Shown piece by piece: positions 38,254 through 50,150 of a stretch of 64,000 nt of DNA. Source of the DNA: Hyphomonas sp. (GTDB lineage: Bacteria; Pseudomonadota; Alphaproteobacteria; Caulobacterales; Hyphomonadaceae). A model generated the notes under the pieces. The model was not told where the DNA came from and made no database searches. It saw only the letters and a program-made list of their open reading frames with translations. How positions within the stretch are numbered: position 1 is the first letter of the stretch; the number at the start of each line of letters is the position of its first letter. The position numbers were made by a program, and so were the translations under genes. The stretch covers positions 2,059-66,058 of the forward strand of contig JBKBIZ010000008.1 in assembly GCA_046293975.1 (NCBI GenBank), read 5' to 3'.

Positions 38254-40569
38254 TTAGTAAACGTAGGTCAGTTCCAGGCCGAGCAGACGGCCTTTTTTCA
38301 TTGGCGAGAAGGTGCCGCCTGACAATTGTGTCTGATAGGCAGTATTCGCAGAGCCTGGGACCGAATTCGGGCCAGGGAAGGGAAGCTGTGTGTCGTTGCC
38401 GAACTGGACTTCGTCGAGCAGGTTCTTGCCGTAGATAGAGGCCGAAAGACCCTGCATCGGCGTTTCCCAGGTGATGTTCACATCGACCATGTCGGCTTCC
38501 TGGATCCAGCCAAAGTTGCTGTCAGTGTAGGCGATGCGATCACGGTGCTGGAAGGTCGCCTGAGCCACGATGGCGCCGGCCGTGCCCAGGTCGAAGTCCT
38601 TGATCAGGCCAAAGCCATAGGTCATCGGCGGCACGCGGGGCAGGTCGAGGTTGACGTCTTCCTGATTGACGACACCATCATTATTCAGGTCGTAGAAGAC
38701 GCTATCATAGCCAGCGTCCATGAAGCCAACATTGAACGACGCAAGCAGGGAATCTGTCAGGACAACGCGGCCATCAAATTCCAGACCGAAGATCGTGGCA
38801 TCGGCCGTATTGATGATGTTCTGCACAACAGCTGCGCCGGGAGCTGCCGTATTCACTTCGCGCTGCATATCACCGACTTCAGTCATGAACGCTGCGCCGT
38901 TCACCTGAATGCGGCCATCAACGCTCTGTGCTTTGAAGCCGATCTCGTAGGAGTCTACTTCTTCCTCGTCAAATCCGAGGCTGCCCGTTTGGTTCACGAT
39001 GTTGGTGAAGCCAGCATAGTCGGTAATGCGGAAGTTATAGCCGCCCGAGCGGAAGCCCTTGGTATAGTGAGCGTAGGTCTGAACGTTGTCATTCCAGAAA
39101 TACTGGAGGCCGACCTTGGGTGTCCAGTTTTTCCATTCGTTGCCATCCCGGAAGCCGTTGGGTTCGCCAGGAATGAAAGGGTTTGTTCCGTCTGGATCAC
39201 ACGTTCCCTGAATGACGCTACAGGCAGGACGTGGGCGAATGTAAACGACAGCGCCGTCTTTCTCTTCCACGGAGTAGCGCAGGCCCACGGTACCAATGAG
39301 CTTGTCAGTGATGGAGTAATCTACGTTGGCGAATGCGCCCCACACACTGTGGTCAAGCGTGCCGCCGCCGTAGAAGCCTGCAGCTGAAGCTGTCGGCAGG
39401 AAGCGGATCTCAGTGTAATCGAGTGTTTGCTCGAAATAGTAGAGGCCGGCAGTCAGGTCCAGCTTGTCGAAGGTGCCAGCGTAACGCAGCTCGTTCGAGA
39501 ATTGTTCCTGATCGAACTCGGCGTTGGAGTGGAACAGTGTGAATGGGGTCGCATCGATATCGCTGCTCGAAGTTGATTCGTATTTGCGATAGCCGAAGAT
39601 GTTCGTGATCACACCATTGCCGAAGCCAACATCAAGGTCTGTGCGCAGCGATCCGAGGATCGTGTCGCTCTCGCCAAAGCCAGGATTGTTGATCGACATG
39701 TCGAAATTGTCGCGCTCAAAGTAGGCGAGGTTCTTGCCCGAGGGGCCGTCAGAACGGCTGTCGGTGTATTCGAGCTTGCCCAGGAAGGTCAGCGAATCCG
39801 TCGGCATGAATTCAAGCGCGCCGCGATAAGTGATCGAGTTTAGCTCGCCGTGATTGTCGCCGTTGAACTGGTTTTTGAAATAACCTTCGTCGGAATTGTA
39901 AGAAACGCCGAATTTGCCGTTCAGGAGGTTTTCGACCAGCGGGCCGGAAACGATTGCCTGAACATTGGTGTTCGGGCCGCCGCGGCCGCTGTCAACCGGG
40001 CCATCAATGCTGGTGCGGACCTTGAAAGAGAACTCATCGGTCGGGTTTGCTGTATTTACGACAATGGCGCCGCCCGTGGTGTTGCGTCCGAAGAGGAGGC
40101 CTTGCGGGCCACGGAGCACTTCGATGCTGTCGAGGTCGAACATATCAACCACGACGCCGTTATTCACGCCGAGGTAAACGCCATCGACGAACACGCCAAC
40201 TGCCGGGTCGATCGAAGGGATGGACGAGTTTACGCCCAGGCCGCGGATGGCGAAGTTGGCTGTGCCGCGGGCTGTGCCCACGTCGTCAAGCGATACGTTC
40301 GGCGCCGAATAGCTCAGGCTCTCGAGCGTCGTTACGTTGAGGGCATCCAATGTGGATGCGTTGTATGCGGACATAGCAACCGCAACGGTCTGCACATCTT
40401 CCACATCCGCTTTCTTGGTGGCGGTCACGGTGACGGTGCCGAGCACGCGCTCAATCGCGGATTCGCGTGTCGAGCTTGTTTCAGATTGGGTTTCTTCCTG
40501 AGCATAGGAAGGCGCGATCAGGATGAGAGCTGCAGATGCAGATGTCATCAGCATTTTATTGAACGTCAT
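38254..40569 (-). CDS. TonB-dependent receptor
   Basis: TVTVTATK, IRGLG, VGVFVDGVY, IEVLRGPQGLLFGRNTTGGAI, GFRSGGYN. Confidence 0.95.
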   Translation of the reverse strand: MTFNKMLMTSASAALILIAPSYAQEETQSETSSTRESAIERVLGTVTVTATKKADVEDVQTVAVAMSAYNASTLDALNVTTLESLSYSAPNVSLDDVGTARGTANFAIRGLGVNSSIPSIDPAVGVFVDGVYLGVNNGVVVDMFDLDSIEVLRGPQGLLFGRNTTGGAIVVNTANPTDEFSFKVRTSIDGPVDSGRGGPNTNVQAIVSGPLVENLLNGKFGVSYNSDEGYFKNQFNGDNHGELNSITYRGALEFMPTDSLTFLGKLEYTDSRSDGPSGKNLAYFERDNFDMSINNPGFGESDTILGSLRTDLDVGFGNGVITNIFGYRKYESTSSSDIDATPFTLFHSNAEFDQEQFSNELRYAGTFDKLDLTAGLYYFEQTLDYTEIRFLPTASAAGFYGGGTLDHSVWGAFANVDYSITDKLIGTVGLRYSVEEKDGAVVYIRPRPACSVIQGTCDPDGTNPFIPGEPNGFRDGNEWKNWTPKVGLQYFWNDNVQTYAHYTKGFRSGGYNFRITDYAGFTNIVNQTGSLGFDEEEVDSYEIGFKAQSVDGRIQVNGAAFMTEVGDMQREVNTAAPGAAVVQNIINTADATIFGLEFDGRVVLTDSLLASFNVGFMDAGYDSVFYDLNNDGVVNQEDVNLDLPRVPPMTYGFGLIKDFDLGTAGAIVAQATFQHRDRIAYTDSNFGWIQEADMVDVNITWETPMQGLSASIYGKNLLDEVQFGNDTQLPFPGPNSVPGSANTAYQTQLSGGTFSPMKKGRLLGLELTYVY

Positions 40570-40745
40570 TTCCGGGAGTTTCCTCTAGTCTTTTTCGGTA
40601 CCAGCGGTGTCTGGCCCTTGCGGACTAAATAGACGGTTATCAAGCATTTGAAATGTTTGCTGCGGTGCAAAAAACAGGTTTGCTTGCAGGGTGTTGCCCG
40701 GAGGTCACGGAAAACATAAGTTCCAATTTAGAACTACATCAGTTC

Positions 40746-41702
40746 TTAAAAAGAACCCAATGCTTCCCCCGTGACTCTACCCGCATCGCGGGCCGCCGAT
40801 CTTGCGGTCGCTGATATATGAGTAAGATTCATAAATCCGTGTACCATCGAAGTATATTCTTTCTGGCTCACCTGAATTCCCATCGCGCGTAACTTTGCTG
40901 CGTAAGCGAGACCTTCATCATGCAGAGGATCCCAGCCACACACGATGATATGCGCAGGGGGCAATCCTTTCAGCTCATCGGGCGAGGCAAAAAGGGGCGA
41001 GATGCGCGGGTCCATATAGGTGGCCGGGTCGGGGAGGTAGTGGCCCCTGAAAAATTCGAACAGGCCCACGGAGATAAAAAATCCGCTCTGCTGGGGCGAC
41101 ATCTTCTTGCTGCGGATGTCTGCAAATTGGAGAAGGGGATAGAGGAGAAGCTGAAAGGCTGGCTTAGGGCCATTGATACGGTTCATCTGTTGGCAGACGA
41201 ACGCAGCAAGGTTTCCGCCCGCACTGTCGCCTGCTAGGGCGACGCGACGCGGATCAATGCCAATATCTTTTCCATGCATGCTGACCCATTGCCACGCAGC
41301 CAGCGCGTCTTCGTGAGCGCAAGGGAAGCAGGTCTCGGGCGCAAGCCGATAGTCGATTGCCAGTACACGGCAGCGTGACCCTTCGGCCAAGCGGCGGCAG
41401 ATCATGTCGTGGCTTTCCAGATCGCCCAGCACAAACCCTCCGCCATGGAAGAACAGTATACCCGGACCGGGCGGCACGCCCGCGCCTAGGGGTACGTAGA
41501 GGCGGGCCTTGAGCGGGCCGGCAGGCCCAGGGATGGTGAGGATGCGTACTTCGGCAAGCTCCGGCGCGTCAGGTTCGCCCGAATAGTCCACCCTGAAAAA
41601 TTGTTGCCGCAGGCGCTCGATGGGCAGGCGCAGGTCAGGGGGCTGCATCTCCGGAAGATGCAGTTTGTCTCTGAAGCTGCGGAAGGCATCGTCGAACGTC
41701 AT
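40746..41702 (-). CDS. HSL-family alpha/beta hydrolase (esterase/lipase)
   Basis: HGGGF, DYRLAPE, GDSAGG, DPLHDEG, HGF. Confidence 0.93.
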   Translation of the reverse strand: MTFDDAFRSFRDKLHLPEMQPPDLRLPIERLRQQFFRVDYSGEPDAPELAEVRILTIPGPAGPLKARLYVPLGAGVPPGPGILFFHGGGFVLGDLESHDMICRRLAEGSRCRVLAIDYRLAPETCFPCAHEDALAAWQWVSMHGKDIGIDPRRVALAGDSAGGNLAAFVCQQMNRINGPKPAFQLLLYPLLQFADIRSKKMSPQQSGFFISVGLFEFFRGHYLPDPATYMDPRISPLFASPDELKGLPPAHIIVCGWDPLHDEGLAYAAKLRAMGIQVSQKEYTSMVHGFMNLTHISATARSAARDAGRVTGEALGSF

Positions 41703-41781
41703 GGGCCACATATCTACCGGTCAATTCCGGCGATGTGATGGCGCGGGCGCCGCGATACAAGAGCACGGCCTCAGGCAGGGC

Positions 41782-43635
41782 TCAAAGTTGAATTACGCTA
41801 GGTCCGGGAGGCTCAGTATAAAGCGCCTGAACAAGATTTGCGCGGCGCGACATCACGAGGCGTTGGTTCACATAACCCTTGTCCGTGATCTCGCCGGCAT
41901 CAATGCTGGGCGCTTCGGTCATCACCAACACGCGCTTGATGCGGCGGGAGGAGCCCGGCTCGCCGCTGTTGAAGGCGCCGGCTTTTCGCGCCAGGTCGGC
42001 AACGAGCGCAGCAAAGCCCTTGGCCTGATCGCCTGCGGCCTTGATGTACTGCTCGGCGGTAACCGGCGAAGGCCAGACCAGCGCCGAGGCGAAGTCTTTG
42101 TCCTGCCCACAGATGACGGCATCAAAAATCAAGGGAGAGCAGGCGGCCACAAAGTCGGGCCTTAGCGTTCCGACGGATACCCAGGTGCCGGAGGACAGCT
42201 TGAAGTCTTCGCCGACCCGGCCATCAAAGATCAGGCCCTGGTTCGGATCGCTTTCATCGACGAATTTCACAGCGTCGCCCAGACAGTAGAAGCCTTCGTC
42301 GTCAAAGACTTCGGCATTCTTCTTCGGGTCGTTAAGATAGCCCGGCATCACACTCTGGCCTTTGACGCGAACCTCCAGCTTCTCGCCATTGGGAACAAGC
42401 TTGAGTGTTGTTCCGGGTAGGGGCAGGCCGACGAGGCCAACACGCTCGGCTTCCCAGTGAACTACGGTGATGCCCTGCGTTTCGGTGGCGCCGTACATGG
42501 TGATGATCGGGATGCGGCGGCCAGTAGCCTTGATCGAGAGGGCCTGAAGACGGTCGTAGAGGTCGTCTGACAGGGTGGCGCCACCATACCCGATGGAGCG
42601 CATGTTCTTGAAGAAGGCCTTCAGCAGAGCCTCATCCTGCTCCATCGCTTCGGCCAACATGGCCAGGGCAATGGGCGCGGTGCCGAAAGTTGATGGGCTG
42701 CACTCGTGGATGTTGCGGATCGTCTCATGGAACAGCGCGGGGGTGGGTTTGCCGCCATCAATCCAGAAAGTGGCCCCATTCCAGAGGGCGCCGTTGAAGT
42801 TCACGTTGGAGCCCGAGATATGGTTCCAGGGCAGCCAGTCCAGAATATGGGCGACCTTATCTGGGTCATAGTCCGGGTCGCGGGCGTCATCGCGCAAGCC
42901 TTCCTGACCCGCGATCATGGCGCACATCGAGCCTTGCGTCTGCGGCACGGGCTTGGGCATGCCGGTAGAGCCAGAGGTGAAGAGATATTTGGCGGTCGTT
43001 TCATCAGACAGCGTCGCCATTGCCGTGGCAACGGCGGGCGTGGGCGCGGTTGCGACCAGATCGTCAAAGTGCCGGACCGAGTTGTCGCCGCCCGGATCTG
43101 CGCTGACGATGGTGCAGGTCTGCGCGTCCAGCGCAGCGATGCCCTTCTGGAAAGGCGCAAGTTGCTCGGCGAAGATGATCGCCGGCTTCACCGAATTGTA
43201 GCAATGCTTCAGCTTGTCATAGTCATTCGACATCGTGGAATAGGGCACGGAGATGGGCGCGGCAGGTGCGCCGATCTTCTGGGCGGCCAGGATGATGAGC
43301 GCAGCGCGGATGGAATTGCCCGACAGGATCATGACGGGTGCAGCAGGGCCGGCTCCCAGATCGAGGAAGGCCTGCGCCAGTGAATCAGTCAGGCGCTTGG
43401 CTTCGCCATAGGTCACCTCTACCCATTGATCCGTCTTCGGATCACGTTCCTTAATAAAAACGCGCTCAGGATGCTGCGCGGCGCGGTCATCAAGGGCGTG
43501 GGGAATGGTAGCGGGGCGGGAACCGGGAGCCTGGCGCGACCTAATATAGATGGCGTCGCCTTTGCGCGTCATCTCCACATCGGGAGACTTTTGCGGCAGG
43601 GGGCGAAACGGGGGAAGGGTTTGACCTTCGGCCAT
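41782..43635 (-). CDS. fcs: Feruloyl-CoA synthetase-like acyl-CoA ligase
   Basis: LFTSGSTGMPK, DWLPWNH, IDGGKP, YGATET, FDGRVGEDFKLSSGTWVSVG, EITDKGYVNQ. Confidence 0.85.
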   Translation of the reverse strand: MAEGQTLPPFRPLPQKSPDVEMTRKGDAIYIRSRQAPGSRPATIPHALDDRAAQHPERVFIKERDPKTDQWVEVTYGEAKRLTDSLAQAFLDLGAGPAAPVMILSGNSIRAALIILAAQKIGAPAAPISVPYSTMSNDYDKLKHCYNSVKPAIIFAEQLAPFQKGIAALDAQTCTIVSADPGGDNSVRHFDDLVATAPTPAVATAMATLSDETTAKYLFTSGSTGMPKPVPQTQGSMCAMIAGQEGLRDDARDPDYDPDKVAHILDWLPWNHISGSNVNFNGALWNGATFWIDGGKPTPALFHETIRNIHECSPSTFGTAPIALAMLAEAMEQDEALLKAFFKNMRSIGYGGATLSDDLYDRLQALSIKATGRRIPIITMYGATETQGITVVHWEAERVGLVGLPLPGTTLKLVPNGEKLEVRVKGQSVMPGYLNDPKKNAEVFDDEGFYCLGDAVKFVDESDPNQGLIFDGRVGEDFKLSSGTWVSVGTLRPDFVAACSPLIFDAVICGQDKDFASALVWPSPVTAEQYIKAAGDQAKGFAALVADLARKAGAFNSGEPGSSRRIKRVLVMTEAPSIDAGEITDKGYVNQRLVMSRRANLVQALYTEPPGPSVIQL

Positions 43636-43726
43636 GATGAGTTCCTCACGATGTCAGTATAGCTGGACTGGAAGATAACGACCCGGTACTCGCGCGCAAC
43701 AGGTGACGCGGCGCCAAGGAGGGGCT

Positions 43727-45076
43727 TCAGCTGCTTCCGGCTTCGGCATTTACGGCATTCACGGCGTGGTTCAGCGCTTTCTGCATGAGTTCTTCGTCCA
43801 GAGCTTCAGCCATCACGCGGATGAGAGGTTCTGTGCCGGACTTTCGCACAACCATCCGCCCACGGTCACCGAGCAGGGCTTCTGCATCTGCCAGCGCGGC
43901 CTTTACCCTATCACTTTCGAGAGGGTTCGCGCCGGAATAACGTATGTTAGTCAACTTTTGTGGCGCGGGTTTGAAGACGCGCAGCATATCGGATGATTTT
44001 CCGCCGCGTGTGGCGAGAACTGACAGGACTTGAAGTCCTGCCAGGAGCCCGTCGCCCGTCGTCGATACATCCGAAAGTATGATGTGTCCGGATTGTTCTC
44101 CGCCCAAATTGAAGCCGTGCGCGCGCATGTGTTCGCCGACATACCGGTCGCCGACCTTGGTGCGCGCGAGCGTTAATCCGTCCGCCTTAAGATGTTCTGA
44201 CAAGCCCATGTTGGACATTACCGTAGCGACCATGCCGCCGCCTTTGAGGCGTCCGCTGCGGTGCATTTCCCCGGCAATTAGACCCATAACCTGATCACCG
44301 TCCGCCTCTGTGCCAGTTTCGTCAATGACGATGAGCCGGTCTGCGTCCCCGTCCAGAGCGATCCCGATATCGGCGCCGGTCTCCAGAACGGCTGCCTTGA
44401 GGGCGCCGGTCGCGGTTGAGCCGAAGCCGGCATTTATGTTCAGGCCGTCTGGCTCGGCACCGATTACAGTGAGCTGCGCGCCGAGTTCACTCAGCGCCGC
44501 GGGGCCTGATTCAAATCCAGCGCCATGAGCACAGTCGAGAACGACCTTAAGTTTCGAGAAATCCCGTGTGCCGGTCAGGGTGTCGAGACAGCGGCGCACA
44601 TAGCGCTCGGGCGCGCTCAGCAAATTGCGGGGAAGCGAGATATCGGACGGAGAAGCATAGGCGCCTTCCAGCGCCACACTCATGGCTGCTTCGAGGGCCT
44701 CTTCGATAGCATCGTCGAACTTGATGCCCTCGGGGCTGAAGAGTTTGAGGCCATTGTCTTCAAACTTGTTGTGGCTGGCCGAGATCATCACGCCAAGCGC
44801 AGCACCTGTTTCTCGGGCCATCAGGGCGACGGCTGGCGTTGGCACGACGCCCAGCAGCACTGGCGTGATGCCCATCGATGTGAAGCCAGCAATCAGCGCC
44901 GCCTCAATCATCTCTCCCGAACGGCGCGTATCCCGCCCGATGACGACCTCTCGGCCGCCTTTGGGTGCAAATGTGCGGGCTGCCGCAATGGAAAGGCGCA
45001 GCGCCGTTTCCACCGTCATAGGGTTTTTGTTAATCCGGCCCCGAATGCCATCCGTTCCGAAATACTGGCGCGCCAT
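43727..45076 (-). CDS. glmM: Phosphoglucosamine mutase
   Basis: YFGTDGIRG, MISASHN, DGDADR, GGEQSGH, RKSGTEPLIRVM. Confidence 0.97.
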   Translation of the reverse strand: MARQYFGTDGIRGRINKNPMTVETALRLSIAAARTFAPKGGREVVIGRDTRRSGEMIEAALIAGFTSMGITPVLLGVVPTPAVALMARETGAALGVMISASHNKFEDNGLKLFSPEGIKFDDAIEEALEAAMSVALEGAYASPSDISLPRNLLSAPERYVRRCLDTLTGTRDFSKLKVVLDCAHGAGFESGPAALSELGAQLTVIGAEPDGLNINAGFGSTATGALKAAVLETGADIGIALDGDADRLIVIDETGTEADGDQVMGLIAGEMHRSGRLKGGGMVATVMSNMGLSEHLKADGLTLARTKVGDRYVGEHMRAHGFNLGGEQSGHIILSDVSTTGDGLLAGLQVLSVLATRGGKSSDMLRVFKPAPQKLTNIRYSGANPLESDRVKAALADAEALLGDRGRMVVRKSGTEPLIRVMAEALDEELMQKALNHAVNAVNAEAGSS

Positions 45077-45098
45077 ACTTTCCTCCGAGGTCCACCGT

Positions 45099-45887
45099 TC
45101 AGAGCGGCGTCACATCTCCAAAAACGACAAAATGCGGATTATCATATCCGCGGTCTCGTTTTCCATAGAGAAGTGGTTCTCCGGTGATTGTCAGCACACG
45201 GCCACCGGCGGCCTCAACGATCGCCTGACCGGCGGCTGTGTCCCATTCCATAGTCCGCCCCAGGCGCGGATAGACATCGGCTTCGCCAGCGGCCACGAGA
45301 CAGAATTTGAGTGCTGAGCCAGCACCCTTGATTTCAGCAATGGGATATTTCCCAAGCCATTCATCCGTATCGGGACTGCGATGTGATTTCGATGCTACGG
45401 CTGTCAGGCCTTCGGTGGGCGCGGCGCGCACCTTGAGCGGCACACGGCCCGATGGGACCGGGCCGTCCGGCGCGGCCTTTGATTGCCAGGCCCGGCCTGG
45501 GCCCTCTGCCACAAAGAGGCGCTGCTGGGCCGGAACATAGATGACCCCCATGACCGGGCGGCCATGCTCGATGATGGCGATATTGACGGTGAACTCGCCG
45601 TTCTTCGCAACAAACTCCTTGGTGCCGTCGAGCGGATCAACCAGGGCAAAGCGCTGGCCGTGCTCGGGCATATGGCCGCCAGCGACGGCTTCTTCGGCGA
45701 TCACCTGGAGGCTCGGCTCTGCATCGGCTAGCCCTCTCAGGATGATTGCCTCAGCGAGGCCATCCGCCTCGGTCAGTACAGAATGGTCGTCCTTGTGGCT
45801 TACGCTGAAATCTGTGCGGTAGACCCGCATGATTTCCTTGCCGGCGGCAAGGGCGATAGAGGCGAGAATGTCCGCAGTAACTGCCAT
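45099..45887 (-). CDS. cysQ: 3'(2'),5'-bisphosphate nucleotidase CysQ
   Basis: LVDPLDGTKEF..NGEFTVNIA, SKSH, GSALKFC, EWDTAAG. Confidence 0.93.
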   Translation of the reverse strand: MAVTADILASIALAAGKEIMRVYRTDFSVSHKDDHSVLTEADGLAEAIILRGLADAEPSLQVIAEEAVAGGHMPEHGQRFALVDPLDGTKEFVAKNGEFTVNIAIIEHGRPVMGVIYVPAQQRLFVAEGPGRAWQSKAAPDGPVPSGRVPLKVRAAPTEGLTAVASKSHRSPDTDEWLGKYPIAEIKGAGSALKFCLVAAGEADVYPRLGRTMEWDTAAGQAIVEAAGGRVLTITGEPLLYGKRDRGYDNPHFVVFGDVTPL

Positions 45888-45902
45888 CAAAACTGCTCCG
45901 GT

Positions 45903-46793
45903 TCAGCGCATCACGTCGAGCAGTTCGACCTCAAACTGCAACGCGGTGTTGGGAGGGATCGGGCCACCGGGCGTGCCTTGCTCGCCATAGCCGAGTTCGG
46001 ATGGAATGTAGAGCATCCAGTGATCGCCGGGTTTCATCATGGCGAGAGCTTCTACCCAGCCGCTGATGAGGGCGTTGGAGGGAAAGACTTCCGGATCGCC
46101 GCGTTCATAGGAGGAGTCGAAGAGCTCCCCGGTTTCTGCCAGGCGGCCTTCATAATGTACGACCACGCGCTGGCCGCCAACGGGCGGCTTGCCCTCAGCA
46201 TCACCACTCTTCAGTACAATGTACTGTAGCCCGGACTCTGTTTTCAGCACTTCTGGAAGCTCGGCGTTCCAAGGATAATACTTTGCCCATGCGGCAACAT
46301 CCGATTGCTTGGGCTCCACGATCTCAAGCAGGGAGACATAAAAAACAAGATCGTCGCCTGCTTTGATGACGCCGCCACGAGCTTGATTGCCATAGGCAAG
46401 CTGATTGGGGATGTAGAAGACATATTCGTCGCCTAGGCTCATCTCCTGAAGGCCGAGCGTCCAACCTGGGATCACCTGGTTCAGGCGGAATTCAGACGGA
46501 CTGCCCCGATCAAAGGAAGAGTCGAATTTCTCTCCCGTTGGCAGGCGGCCATCATAATGTACGCGAACGCGGTCTGCCGCGACGGGTTTCTTGCCGCCTT
46601 TCGGCCCTTCCTTCGCGACGATGTACTGAACGCCGCTTTCGGTTGTCTGGATGCCTTTTGCGTTAGGATTCCAGGGGAGGTATTTGTCGACAGGGGAGGT
46701 CATGGCAGATTCCTCGGCGTTGCCGTTGGGTTGAGGGGCGCAGGCAGCCAGCGAAAGGCTGAGGGTGGTTGCGGCGATAAGGGCGCGGAACAT
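45903..46793 (-). CDS. Double-domain FKBP-type PPIase lipoprotein
   Basis: Lipobox LAAC; two repeats of VHY.GRL..FDSS..I.GW..L.YG. Confidence 0.93.
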   Translation of the reverse strand: MFRALIAATTLSLSLAACAPQPNGNAEESAMTSPVDKYLPWNPNAKGIQTTESGVQYIVAKEGPKGGKKPVAADRVRVHYDGRLPTGEKFDSSFDRGSPSEFRLNQVIPGWTLGLQEMSLGDEYVFYIPNQLAYGNQARGGVIKAGDDLVFYVSLLEIVEPKQSDVAAWAKYYPWNAELPEVLKTESGLQYIVLKSGDAEGKPPVGGQRVVVHYEGRLAETGELFDSSYERGDPEVFPSNALISGWVEALAMMKPGDHWMLYIPSELGYGEQGTPGGPIPPNTALQFEVELLDVMR

Positions 46794-46872
46794 GGAGTGA
46801 GCCTCCTGAAAGGGCAAAACTGTCGCGTGCTCTCTAGGCGGGTTTTACCCGATAGTCACGCGCAAGAGGCGG

Positions 46873-48099
46873 CTAGATGGCGCGTGGCGGGTAGCCGGCC
46901 TGAGCAAGCGCGTCGATGACTTCCTGCGTGTGCTGGCTGTCGCGTGTTTCCATCAGGATGTCGAACTCTGCGCCCTTCGCCGGCACGTCCAGCGCGATCC
47001 GGTTATGGGCGACTTCCATGATATTGGCGCCATTGTCGCCGATGATCTTCGAAACCAGCGCCAGCAGGCCGGGACGGTCGTCCCCGACTATGCGGATACG
47101 GGCGAGACGGTTTTCGCGGACAAGCGCGCGCGTCAACACCGAGGCGAGGAGGCGCGTATCGATATTGCCGCCGCAGAGGACGAGGCCAACCTTGCGGCCA
47201 TAGAAGCGGGAAGGGTGGGCGAGGAGGGCGGCTAGGCCAGCCGCGCCGGCGCCTTCGGCAATGGTTTTCTCGACTTCGACGAAGAGCGTGATGGCGCGTT
47301 CGAGATGCTCTTCCTCAACGAGGACAACATCATCGACCAGGCGCTCGCAAATCTGGCGCGTGATGTTTCCCACATCGCGCACGGCAATGCCTTCGGCGAT
47401 GGTGGCTCCGCCGGTCTTGGCCGGCTTGCCGCGCATTGCCGCGTGCATGGCGGGGTACATAGCCGTCTGGACGCCGATGATGCGGATTTCGGGCTTGAGC
47501 GCCTTTGCCGCGATGGCGATACCGGAGATGAGGCCGCCGCCGCCGATCGGGATCACGAGCGTATCGAGCCCCGGGTTGTCCGCCAGCATCTCCAGGGCGA
47601 TCGTGCCCTGGCCGGCTATGATGTCGGCGTCATCGAAGGGATGAACGAAGGTCAGCCCCTCGCGCTTGCAGACTTCATAGGCGTAGGCCTTGGCCTCATC
47701 GAACGTCATGCCCTCCAGCAGAACGCGGGCGCCATGGTCGCGGGTATGCTCCACCTTATTGAAGGGGGTGGTTTGGGGCATCACGATAGTCGCAGGGATG
47801 CCTAGGCGCCGGGCATGATAGGCCACGCCCTGGGCATGGTTACCGGCGGAAGCGGCGATTACGCCTGTCTTCTTTTCAGAGTCAGACAGTTTGGCGAGCT
47901 TGTTGAGCGCGCCGCGCTCCTTGAAGGCGGCGGTATATTGCCGGTTTTCCAGCTTGACCCAGACTTCAGCCCCCGTGATCGCCGACAGCGTCTTCGAGTG
48001 CGCCAGCTCTGTGCGCTCGATATTGCCCTCCAGCACCTTTGCGGCGGCCTGTATGTCGGCCAAGGTCAGGGGCAGTTCGGGAGGCAGGGTATCAGGCAT
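46873..48099 (-). CDS. ilvA: Threonine ammonia-lyase (ACT-domain type)
   Basis: KLEN.Q.TAAFKERGA, ASAGNHAQG, GGGGL, GGNID, DRPGLL. Confidence 0.9.
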   Translation of the reverse strand: MPDTLPPELPLTLADIQAAAKVLEGNIERTELAHSKTLSAITGAEVWVKLENRQYTAAFKERGALNKLAKLSDSEKKTGVIAASAGNHAQGVAYHARRLGIPATIVMPQTTPFNKVEHTRDHGARVLLEGMTFDEAKAYAYEVCKREGLTFVHPFDDADIIAGQGTIALEMLADNPGLDTLVIPIGGGGLISGIAIAAKALKPEIRIIGVQTAMYPAMHAAMRGKPAKTGGATIAEGIAVRDVGNITRQICERLVDDVVLVEEEHLERAITLFVEVEKTIAEGAGAAGLAALLAHPSRFYGRKVGLVLCGGNIDTRLLASVLTRALVRENRLARIRIVGDDRPGLLALVSKIIGDNGANIMEVAHNRIALDVPAKGAEFDILMETRDSQHTQEVIDALAQAGYPPRAI

Positions 48100-48145
48100 G
48101 GGATGGGGTCCGGTCAGAGGCGGGCGCACCCTATGCGCGCGGGGG

Positions 48146-49981
<1,836 letters not shown>

Positions 49982-50042
49982 GACCTTGACGAGTAACGGT
50001 GTGGCGCGGGGGCGCAAGAGGCAGGCGCAGATTAAGGACATG

Positions 50043-50080
50043 GAAAAACGCCGCGTCCTTCTGGGAAGGGCGCGGCGTTC
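50043..50080 (-). terminator. Terminator after ompW
   Basis: Minus strand: AACGCCGCGCCCTTC-CCA-GAAGGACGCGGCGTTTTT. Confidence 0.85.
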
Positions 50081-50150
50081 TCTATCAGGTAACACCCGTC
50101 TGGGGTTGGGATGAAAGGCTGATGTTACCCTTGATCCGATCGTGGCCCGA

